Source: Mizuhopecten yessoensis
Taxonomy: Eukaryota
Direction: 5' to 3'
Length of the DNA stretch: 64,000 nt
NCBI RefSeq assembly: GCF_002113885.1
Contig: NW_018407865.1
Location: forward strand, 9,687-73,686
Numbering within the stretch: position 1 is the stretch's first letter; the number at the start of each line of letters is the position of its first letter. Shown here piece after piece: positions 29,401-40,099 of the stretch. Below the pieces are notes generated by a model. The model saw nothing but the letters and a program-made list of their open reading frames with translations, did not search any database and had not been told where the DNA came from. The position numbers were made by a program, and so were the translations under genes.

Positions 29401-29634
29401 GTAGTAGAATGGGTCAGAATATCCAGGCAGGTTAAGGTCAGATGAGATAACATTTAATTTTAACCATGTCTCAGTAAAGGATAAAATTGTTATATTACCT
29501 AACTCGGTGTAAAGAATATCGAGTTTTTGTTTGAGACTTTGAACATTAAGATGGACAAATGAAAAATTACTGACTGCATCGAGCTGGCCACTTATATTCG
29601 AAAATATAGATGAGGAAGACGCGCTAGAAGACAT

Positions 29635-29658
29635 GGGACCAGGATTCAGTTCTATATC
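29635..29658 (-). other. 2A-like (StopGo) motif DIELNPGP upstream of the APE domain
   Basis: LLLSGDIELNPGP in ORF 29359-30189 matches the D(V/I)ExNPGP consensus. A second, decayed copy (SGDIELNLQP) lies at 29887-29910. Confidence 0.85.
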
Positions 29659-30445
29659 TCCAGATAACAACAAATGCCAATAGTCCAAAGCACGACGTAG
29701 AGATATAGATAATTTATCAGTAGCGGACATAATAGAAGAGGAGATAAATTCAGCACTTATGTAATGAATATCAGCTTTGTATTTGAAACTTTTGACGCTA
29801 AGATGGACGAAAGAATACCTATCGTTACAGAACTGGATACTTGTACTTGAAGAGGAAGTAGAAACAATTGATTGAATGGTAGAAGAGGGCTGTAAATTTA
29901 ATTCAATATCACCTGACAAACACCAGCTGATCAATGCATAATGTATTGATATAAAAGTAAGTAATTCTGCTAAAAACGATGCGAAGAGGTAACATGAGCT
30001 GCTACGAAACGACTCCCTGAGTGATGAATTAATATAATGTAAATAAGACGTAAAAACATATAACAAAAGTAATAGTAATGCAATACATAACATGTCGGGA
30101 ACGGTCACGTAATGAGCGAAATTTGCGGACTGTATATAGTTGTTGAAGACACCAATTCGAACACGATAGAGAGACATATCAATAGGCATTATATAATATC
30201 AGACTGGGCAAGGAGGTAAGTGAGTGCTCGAGAAGGTGTCGTGATCATGATAATAGAAGTAGTCAGAGGCACACTGGGCAACAGTGGAGGGGGTCGGGCA
30301 GAGGAGGAAACGGATATAAAAAAGTTGACTATGAAGAGTTGAAGTACGTTCATCAGAACCAAATTTGAAGAGAGGGGGAAAAGGACCAGGTAATTGTTAA
30401 TATTTGGTGACCGGTACTGGAACTGAAAATGCAAATAGTAACCTG

Positions 30446-30486
30446 CACACACACACACACACACACACACACCTACCCACACACAC
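30446..30486. repeat. (CA)n microsatellite at the LINE 5' end
   Basis: CACACACA... run. Confidence 0.95.
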
Positions 30487-30964
30487 GTTCATAAATGTTC
30501 GCGTTAGCGATCACAATTTAGTTTACACAATGCTAAGGCACAAATCAAAGTAACGGGAACAATTATCACTAGGCCTGCATTATCTAGTGGAGGAACTCCA
30601 TTGGTATCTGCCACAACCAAATAGTGTAAAAAATGTACAAAATAGACTCGTATAGTGGTGAAAATGATAGTAACACTTTGAGAGAAAACATGGGTACTAC
30701 TACATACAAGATTCTATTAACCGGATTCCGGAGGATCCGGTATACAACATTATAAAACCGGTATAGGTTTGCAGTGTAGCAATACATAGCAAACGATAGC
30801 ACGCAGAAGTTATGTAATATCAAATTTTAAAAATAAGTAGTAATGATAATACAAATAATAGTAGTGTTAATGATAATAAATAAATCGACTCTGCTCAAGG
30901 GGGGACAAACCAATTAGGTACTACTACATTCAGGATAATATGATGCTAGATTAGCCGATAACAC

Positions 30965-31155
30965 CAACCAGCCCGATGCTATACCACTAAGCTAAACGGG
31001 AATTACCTGACGCTTGTAAGGCAACCTAATCGATGCACTTCTTTTACACCACTCCTTCCGTATCAGCAGTAGTTTACACCCAATAGGGTTTCCACCTTTT
31101 GGTCTCTAGCATTACTAGTGAGCACTAGAAGGACGAAACAGCTGAAAAGTAGTGT
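30965..31155 (+). mobile_element. Decayed retrozyme/Sm-alpha-like element with a minimal hammerhead ribozyme remnant
   Basis: CATTA-CTAGTGA-GCACTAGAAGGAC-GAAAC-AGCT-GAA-AAG-TAGTG (31110-31154) follows type I HHR layout with a mutated core. A tRNA-A-box-like TAGCTTAGTGGTATAGCA lies on the minus strand at ~30977-30994. Confidence 0.5.
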
Positions 31156-31159
31156 TTTT

Positions 31160-32250
31160 AATCTACCAAATCACTGAAGAATTTGATTAGCGACTGGATG
31201 CTATGACAAGAACATCAACTTGCACAATTTACTTCAGCCCCGTCATAGATATGTAAAGTTCCGTCGTTTATAGATAAATACGAACTTTAGAATAGGTAGG
31301 AAGTGTCATGTAGGTTCCAATAGGGGACTGTATAGCTATAGAGTTGGCAAACGTTAACCCTTTCACCTCTATGTAACTTTAAGTAACCCTACCATTAATT
31401 GATCTGAATAAGTCCATTATGGCCTACAGTGGTGAAAGAGTAAAAGAAGCAGAAAGCCTCGATTATGCTTCCAAACACGAGTCAGTTTAAGCAAAGGTAT
31501 GGAAGGATCCCCATACCACTGCCGAAAACATTATAAACCTGTTTGAAACTGTTTTTTCCGGCATAAATATGACTTTGATAAATCATTTCTGGAAAACAAA
31601 ACCATACACAAGAAGTGTCCCGGTACAACGTTTTCTATTCCGTCTTTGCGTATTGCAGAGTTATCTTCTCTTGTGAGCAGGTATTGATTGTTACGTCATT
31701 GGTTTGTGTGAGAAAATTACGTCGTTTTCATAAAATTGATGACGTTACTCTCACAAACCAATGACGTAACAATCAATACCTGCTCACAAGAGAAGATAAC
31801 TCTGCAATACGCAAAGACGGAATAGTTATATCCAAATAAAAGTTACTAAATACATGCAAAATCACAGTGCAGTGGGACAGTGATACTTAATGAGGGAAGT
31901 CAAATCTAATATGAATAATCAGACAGTCCGGTAAAGTTAATTGAATTGAAAGAAAGGACTTTATCATGATGTGTCCGTTTTGTTGTTCTGATTATTTCAC
32001 ATTAGTACCCAAATCATGAGCATTCGTCCTACTTTCTAAAACATGTACAACGCATGTTGACAAAGCAATTTTATTTGAAAATCATTAATGCTATAATTAT
32101 ACAAACCGTTGACTGATAGCAGATCAAAAGATACAGCGATTATCTACATTAAGTCTACCCAATCTACCCAATATCTGAAACCGTTAGGTTAAAACAGCAG
32201 GTAAATCTGTTTCAATGTTAATCGACATTTTCTTCTCCTTCTAATGTGAT
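31160..32250 (-). pseudogene. Probable continuation of the Penelope-like unit split by the CR1
   Basis: 31541-31598 (TTTGAAACTGTTTT...CTTTGATAAATCATTTCTGGAAAAC) resembles 23987-24043 and 15520-15545. Confidence 0.35.
31635..31825. mobile_element. 191-bp palindromic MITE
   Basis: Arms CTATTCCGTCTTTGCGTATTGCAGAG...TGGTTTGTG and its exact reverse complement (~74 bp each) around a short imperfect centre. Confidence 0.9.
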
Positions 32251-32479
32251 CTACATAAGTAATATTCAAAAACACAATAAAAAGCTTGACTTTCAGGCAA
32301 GTAATATATCAAGTCAAGATGGTTATTTCAAGAATCAGGTTAAATATATATATGGGTTAAAAGTCAGAGTGTAAATCTAGAATACCAGGTAAATATACAT
32401 CAGTTATATCAACAGTCAAGCAGGTTATCTCAAATATCACGTAGACTATATCAATAACATCAAAACCAAAGAAAAAACA

Positions 32480-32960
32480 GATTGATATCAGTTAAATTAT
32501 GTATCAGTAATATCGGAGGCAGGATGGTAAACTCGAGTATCGCGTAAATAAGATCCGAAACATCCAAACACAGAGAGAACAGATAGATATCAGTTAATTT
32601 ATATATCAGTAATATCGGAGGCAGGATGGTTAACTCGAGTATCGTGTCAACTAGATCTGTAACATCCACAGACAGAGAGAAAATATGGATATCAGTTAAA
32701 TCAATTATCAGTAATATCGGAGGCAGGATGGTTAACTCGAGTATCGTGTCAACTAGATCTGTAACATCCACAGACAGAGAGAAAATATGGATATCAGTTA
32801 AATCATATATCAATAATATCGGAGGCAGGATGGTTAACTCGAGTATCGTGTCAACTAGATCTGTAACATCCACAGACAGAGAGAAAATATGGATATCAGT
32901 TAAATCATATATCGGCCATATCCAAAGGCAGGGTGGCTAACTCGAGTATCGCGTAAATTA
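32480..32960. repeat. 102-bp minisatellite, ~4.5 copies plus degenerate upstream units
   Basis: ATCGGAGGCAGGATGG at 32512, 32614, 32716 and 32818. Confidence 0.95.
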
Positions 32961-33543
32961 GATAAATAATATACAAAGACAGGCACCAAACACTACAACT
33001 TCAACTTCGACGGATACTGCAGCAGTCTTGACCGATTCTTATGAGACAATGAATTCTGACCCTTCCTTCAACCCCGCCTTCAACTAGAGTGACTATATGC
33101 CTACTGACGCCCAGTGAACATTTAGTAAAAGAACTATCTTGAACAGTGTAGTATTGAACGTAAAATGTTTTGTAACTTGTAAAGCTTGTAAACTGTTTGG
33201 AATATTATAAAAAGATAAACATAATTTTATTAATCTTCAGCTCGTCCTGGCTGAAGGTGTTCATTTTTACCGATTTTTGCATTGTGTGGCTATTATCTTG
33301 AAAAAAATAAGAGATGGATAATAAATGTAAATTGTACAAATATTTGGTACGACTATTTCAACTAGATTTGAAAATCAAGACAGTATTTAGGGCTAAGATT
33401 TTCCAGGTGAGCGATTCAGGCTCCTAGGTTGTTTTTTTTTTTTTAAATATTCATCTATACATTTTCAATTATTATCAATAATAAAATAAAATCCAAATTA
33501 AAATACAGTACAATAAGTCCCTTTAAAATTTCATAAACTTGAG

Positions 33544-36500
33544 TCAAACCTTGTTCTCCTGCCATTCCACTGCTCCTGCTTCGGAGTAAAAGTACTCTTT
33601 AAGATAGTTCCTTTGTACAGTACCAGCAGCGTTGGCAACATTTATCTGATAACCTGCATCTCCGTCAGCAAGTTGCGCACCCTGTCTCCATTGTCCCTCA
33701 ACTAGGTTGTGACTGTTGTATTCTTCATCAATATACTGGTGTAGTGCAGCACGTCGTCTGATCCTTAATGAGCTGTGAATGGTAGTACAGGCCAAGACGA
33801 TGAAATCTACTGTTTCTGGTACTTGTTGCATAGTTATTATAGTTCCATAGTTACAAGCAGAATTGAGTATGGTTTAATCATCCATGATCTGAGTGGAAAG
33901 GCATCATCACCAATCAGAAAGTAGTAAGTCTCTCTGTCAGCATGTGGAAGGGTAGATGATGGTGGAAGGCCCAGAGTTCCTTCCTCTAGCATTTCTGGCC
34001 ATCAGAGGAACTTCCATATAAACCAACACTCAACCAAATAAACTTATAGTCCGCATCCACTAGAGCCATCATCACCATGGAGATGAAATTATTGTAGTTG
34101 TAAAACAACGTAAGCAGGTTTCTTGATACTAATGTGTTCTATGTTCAGCTCATGCAGGGGATGATCATACTGCCCAAAGAGGGTCCTGCGGGCCAGCCAG
34201 GTCCTGTACCAAAACCTTCTGCGAGCGGGACGCCTCCTCTGCCATCCAACGCACCGCAAGAGTGTGGAAGGTTCCAGACTCTTACAAACCCGGCTGATAT
34301 GCGCAACCAATCTTCCTCTGTGATGTTGCCTTGCATGACTTCTTCTTTGTAAGCTGAGTAAATTGCTTCGCAGACTTCAGCTACGAAGAGTGAAATGGAG
34401 TTTCGGGCCACACGGAAGGCATACATCAGATCTGCAAAATTCGTACCAGTAGCTTAATGCCTGAGTGTTACAGCTAACTTCAGTCCAGGCTCAAGTGGCT
34501 TCCGGAAAGTAGACACATTGTATGCATGTTTAAAATGCAATGACAATGGCAGCTTTATATCCAATATTAGCAAATTTACTTTATATAAAATTATTTAGAA
34601 AATTAACAAATACTAGTATGTACCTGAAAGGTGTGGACTCGTTCTTGATAGCAGGGGTAGCCCTGTCAAGAATCTCTCCAAACAGATCAGCATCAACTAT
34701 GAGAAAGTTCTCATAACCAGCAAAGTCTTCTATGTTCAGCTCATGCAGGGAATGATCATACTGCCCAAAGAGGGTTCTGCGGGCCAGCCAGGCCCTGCAC
34801 CAAAACCTTCTGCGAGCGGGACGCCTCCTCTGCCTCGGCCGAGGAACATCTATTTGCTGCTGGGCATCTTCCTCTTCCCTAATATGTCATGTTGTCTCTC
34901 TGAATGTCAGTTGTCGAATCATGATACATACTTTTTTTGCGAAAAACATAAGGAATCGTAATAGTATTCGTAACAACACATTAACAGCTTGTAATGTACA
35001 AAAGCTTAGATGAATCGTAACATTCCGTAATATACTCGTAACAATCCATAAAAAGCTCGTAAAATGTCATAACTTGCTCGTATTTTTCCGTGGTTACTCG
35101 GAACAAATCGAAGAATTTTGCCGAAAATACATTGTAATAAATCGTAACCCAGATAGCAGACATACGTTGGCCCAACGTTGGCTGTTGGTCGTTTGGTTGG
35201 CCTTACGTCGGCGTTGGCTTAATGTTGTTGGCCCAACGTTGGCTGAACGTTGTAAAACCAACCGTTAATTCCCATGTGTTGGGCCAACGTTGGCTGGATG
35301 TAGGACAACTAACAATTAATTCCCATGTGTTGGTCCAAGGTTGGCTGGATGTAGTAAATCTAACAATTAATTTCCATGTGTTGGCCCATCGCTGGCCCAC
35401 TGCCTATGTCTTATGTGAAACAATAATTGCATAAAATAATAATTACACTCGGCCAAGCACTATTCAACTGATATCAATTACAAAATATTTGGTAATAACT
35501 TAACTGAAAGAATTTCTTTTTGTTATTTTTTATAAACAATAAATAAAAGACGTACATATCGAACTTATTGACATGCTTTATAATATGGATTTCTTATTTT
35601 CAAAATAATACCTACAAGAGCACTCAATGTTTTGGTATGATCTGATTACTCTTGAGCTCGTACATGCATACCGCCAAAACCAGAACCCCAGTGTGAGTTA
35701 CATATGTATCTGATATCATCACCTCAGGACATGTCCAAGTACACGTGTAGGCACGGCCTATAGATCACATCTCAGATTACATGTAGGTCAGCTGCTTTCT
35801 CCCGTCACTGGACCAGACCTTTATAATTGTGCACACACAGCAGACCGTGATTTGTACACAGACTAAGAAGATTCACTGCAGCTGTGATTTTCATATTTTA
35901 ATGTAAGTATATATATGTGTTAATAGACAATTGTATGATATGGTTATCATCATAAGTATTATAGTGTTGTACCTCTTAAAATAACTTAATTTTCTCAATA
36001 ACTAACTTAATTGAGCTGCATGTGAATGTCCAGTTGACCTACAAATATACGGTACATATTGTATATACGTACACTATATATAACTTACTATATATTCTAC
36101 AAATAATCTTTGATGAAGGTTGTAATTTATTACATGTATGCAACAGGCGGGTATGGTATGGGTACATATATATTCATGCTTTGTATATAGTACCATGCCG
36201 GTATGAATATCGTCATTATATCCATGTGTAATATATATATACATGTAGTGTGTGTGTGTGTGGAAGGAAAGTAACTCTTAGACTACATTCCAGAACTATT
36301 TTGTTTATATACTGTAAATATTACATTATAGCTCACTATGGGTGGGGGTCCGTGCCAAAAATGACATAAATTTAAAGCATTTTACCCATAGCTTACTGAA
36401 AGTGTTTTCTAATACAAAATGCGAAAGAAATTACCTTATAGACATATGCAGAGGCCTTAATTATCATCCTGCATATGTTATGGTTATGCTATTTCTTTTG

Positions 36501-37973
36501 TAGAGATTCCATTTAACAATCAAGTTTAATTGGACAGGGAAGAAGTTAAAAAAAGGCTTCTCAGCCCTCAAGTTCACGAAAGTTATAACTCGTAAGTAAC
36601 ATCATTGTTGAATTGATAAAGTAGGTGAACCACCAGTTCATGGTTACTTTACCTGTCTGTTCGCCTGTCGAAATAGATGTAATTATATTAATATGGTATG
36701 ACTCTGTCCTTTTATCAGCTGAAATCTTGTTCCCACAATTTATTCAGACTTAGTGCATAGTACAAACAAGGCATATCGTTAGGTGTTAATTTGTTTAACG
36801 AGGGTTGTAGCTACATGTACCTACATTGCACGGTAGAATAAGAATTCAGAATTGGTTCTGTGTATTTAGGGCACTGACACAGTTATTTTTTACTTCAACT
36901 TTTAAAGGGTTAAAGACCGTTATTATAATTTCTGAACATTGACCTATAGAAGCAATCTTTCTATTGCAATCCTAAAATGACATTTTAATTCAAACTTAGT
37001 TGTACATAGATTAGCAGGGAAATTGTTTAGGGTCATTTGCAATTTTTACCTTACAAATTTAACTATGGTGTAGAATTTTTGCACAATGAACTAGGAACAC
37101 TTTCCTTTTTACACATTTAATGTAACCATGTTTTTTAAGGCGCTGTACGAAAAACCCGCCTTACGACAAAGGCCACTGACAATGAAGTTGACAATATAGC
37201 CAAAGACTGGTTGAGGTATGCAGGGGACCGAGAAGGGGGCAGACAAAAATAGAAGAAATTAAAAGACAGAAAGAGGCGGCGACAGCTGCACTGATGGCAT
37301 CGGCTACCGATCATCCAGTGTAAAAAATAAAAAGATGGATATGAACTAATTTATATCACTGTTTGTTTTCTTATTATCAGGCACCAATATTTTATTCATT
37401 TCTCATTTCCTGCTTTCCCAGTATTCTTTCTTTCTGTCTTTTCTTGTGTCTATCTTGACATCATCCTTAAAAAAACTTAGTTGTTTATAGGACGGAAAGC
37501 CCACTACGAACAAAACACTAAAATACAGCATTGTACCAACGTTGGCCCAGCAAACGTTGTTCGTTGGTGTAACGTTGGCCCAACGTCAAATATGCACTAC
37601 AATTAAGCATTGGCCCAACGTTGACCCAACATAGTTTTATAGTTGGCACAACGTTGGCCCAACGTTGTATCCGAATCAAGTAGTCGTTGGGCCAACGTTA
37701 GTCCAACATGCTGGGCCAACATTGGGCCGATTTGCAAAAGGATGTTGGCCCAACGTCATTTTCCAACGATGGCCCAACCAAACCTGATGCATTGGGCCAA
37801 CGTTGGGCCAACGTATGTCTGATATCTGGGAAGTGGCTCGTAATTACTCATAACCACTCGCTCGTAACCATATCGCTCATAAAAGTGGCCAAATCGTTCG
37901 AATCCGTGCGCTTTTATGAATTTGTGCTATACGTAAGGATTCGTTAGAAAAATCCGTGTATGGAAAGGTAGCA
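33544..37973 (-). mobile_element. PIF/Harbinger transposon remnant (HARBI1-like DDE transposase pseudogene) with nested EnSpm-type insertion
   Basis: Minus-strand motifs: LEPGLKLAVTLRH, YAFRVARNSISLFVAEVCEAI, WNLPHSCGALDG, ISMVMMALVDADYKFIWL, YFLIGDDAFPL, IVLACTTIHS, YFYSEAGAVEWQ. TCGTAA-rich subterminal repeats at 34955-35147 continue at 37831-37950. Putative terminus ...CCGTGTATGGAAAGGTAGCA|TAA. Confidence 0.85.
35148..37830 (+). mobile_element. Non-autonomous CMC/EnSpm-like DNA transposon
   Basis: TIRs CCCAGATA(G/T)CAGACATACGTTGGCCCAACGTTGG with 1 mismatch, 2-bp AA TSD (35146-35147, 37831-37832), and arrays of CCAACGTTGG subterminal palindromes. Internal exon remnants FNWTGKK...FSALKF (~36510-36590) and AKDWLRYAGDREGGR (~37140-37252) resemble DUF4806. 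Confidence 0.85.
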
Positions 37974-37979
37974 TAAGAC

Positions 37980-39700
37980 AGTAATCTTGAGGTATCGAGT
38001 AAATTTTATATCAGTGATATCCAAAGGTCTGGATAGTGATATGATATTATGTACAAAATCTTTCTGCTATATTCAAAGACAGAGTGGGAGTCTAGATTAT
38101 CATGTTTAATTATAAGAATTGTCCATACATAGCACCGAAACAGACAGGACACATGCAACACAGCTCCTTAAATCGAAATCAAATCACCATCACAACGATA
38201 TGGTATTCGTAAAATGGAGCATATACTGACTGGAAACGGTGTTACATGCATTATTTCCATAGCCATTCATATGCAGATTATCTCAATTTTAAAGTTATTA
38301 TCCATAAATGTACTGTCAGTTGCGAAAGCCGTAGCACAAATAGTATAATATTTCAAAAAAAATATAAATTATCCTACATACGCAAAGATTGAGTACAGCG
38401 TTTAAAATACTGTTAAGAGCGTCTCACCTAAAATCCTGTGATAAACATGTTTTTTACGGATTGATCGCGATCTTGTGACAGGCCGTAAGCATGTCATGTG
38501 ACGTCTAATATGTGTAATTGTTTTATGACAATATACATAAAAGCAATTATAAACCCTCTCATAGTTTACTTCAGGATCATACCCGCTGTATAGAGGTACG
38601 TTATATATTGTTTGTAGAACCTATTTTTATGACTGTGATTGTAGAGTGATACGGTAATATTAAGATATAGCTACACGTTAACAGAGCAATTAATGTCAGC
38701 CCTCGATCAAACATAACGTATTTCACATACATATGCTTTAGACAGTACGAATGGAGCTGGGGCAGATTTCAATTTGAGGTATTGTTCCTTCCAGACATAT
38801 GATCCATACTGAGTTTGCTACAATGTTGATTTTAGGTACAACCGAAGAGATAGTTGAGCTTACCATTATGACGTTGGGTATTTCTGATGTTAAGTAAATG
38901 ATATTGCCTTTCTAACCTTGAGCATTGTGTGAGTTAGGAATGTAACTTTAGTAGGATATCATTTTAAGAAATATTGTAAAATAAGTAAATCGGAACATTG
39001 AGACACATTTATTACGTTTTGTGTTTCCAATTGTTCTAATACATATATATGAACGATTTCTGTGTAGATATTAATTTTTTGAAAATACAAAGAATAAATG
39101 AATTCCAAAATTAACCTGATAACTTTTAATAAATGATTAATGGTTTGTCTAAGTTATAGAACATTCTAATCATAAACCTTTTCAACATCAACTACCTGTA
39201 TTTTGAAATAGGACGAATATTCGTGATTTCGTTAATAATGTGGGAAACTCATATTTACGAAACCGATATCTTCTTTGGTGGATTAATACAAAATAAATAT
39301 TCCAGTTACCTAAGCTGGCTAAGATGTATATGAAGGTATCAAGAACGGATCTAACGATTGTTAAAAAAGTGAAATTATTTTATTGGCAAAAATTTAAATT
39401 CTTAAGAATAATATAATCTTTTACATTATTATATTATAAAATTAGTACTTTACATTATGGAATGATCATTATGATTTTATTGTTTGTTTACGATTAAAAA
39501 AAAACTTTTTTTTCCTCAAATGTAAGACTTGTTTGGAATTCCTTCGTCAGGATTTTTTAGTGACAAATATTGAATTTCGCTGAAATGAATTTTCGAACGG
39601 TTTCCACTTCGAACAGATAAATCTGGTTAAATTATATTACATTAATTCGAGTTTTGTGTATTATTGATAGAAAACACGAAAAACGTATGGAACAGTACAA
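37980..39700 (+). pseudogene. Degenerate Penelope-like (Naiad-type) unit
   Basis: MFNYK at 38102-38116, EHILTGN at 38217-38237 and KLLS...RKP at ~38292-38330 (cf. IFNYK...GHVITGD...KLLSKGPKYREP); weaker RT motifs follow to ~39550. Confidence 0.6.
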
Positions 39701-40099
39701 ATTGATTTGATATGAAAATCAAGAAAGTGACTTAGCCTTAAGCCACCAGGGACCACACAGGATCTGATCGATTTGCGCTAACGAGGCAACCGAAACGCCA
39801 ACCGTCTAGTCGGGCGATCCTGCGGGCTATCCAAATCGACCGTAGCAGCCCCCATGGTGTAGAACTTTTCCATGAACCTTCTTTATGTTTTAAATTTCAG
39901 AGATACACTCCTCCTAATTATACTAATTATTCATGGCGTTCAGAATTTATATGATTTATCAAATTAATTATGAATATATAGATATCCCTTTACTAACAAT
40001 TTGAATACATATGTGGAAATGTCGCATAAATTAATTAATGTTACTATCATAAGATTAATTGCAAACTCATAGGTAAGTTTTGGATAACGCATTGTTTGA

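Larger units (their letters stand above)
26480..30490 (-). mobile_element. Near full-length CR1-group LINE (APE endonuclease + RT), pseudogenised
   Basis: EN motifs (VHLNVQSL, SFTETWL, ECVWLEI, YGTFYRP, ITGNLN, LLDIV) and RT motifs (NVTPVHKK..NYRPILLL, QSGFR, VFCDINKAFDRVW, GVPQGSILGPLLF, FVDDTSL), then C-terminal ARLRMECSSL...CSC...E..EHY. Many frameshifts. Confidence 0.95.
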
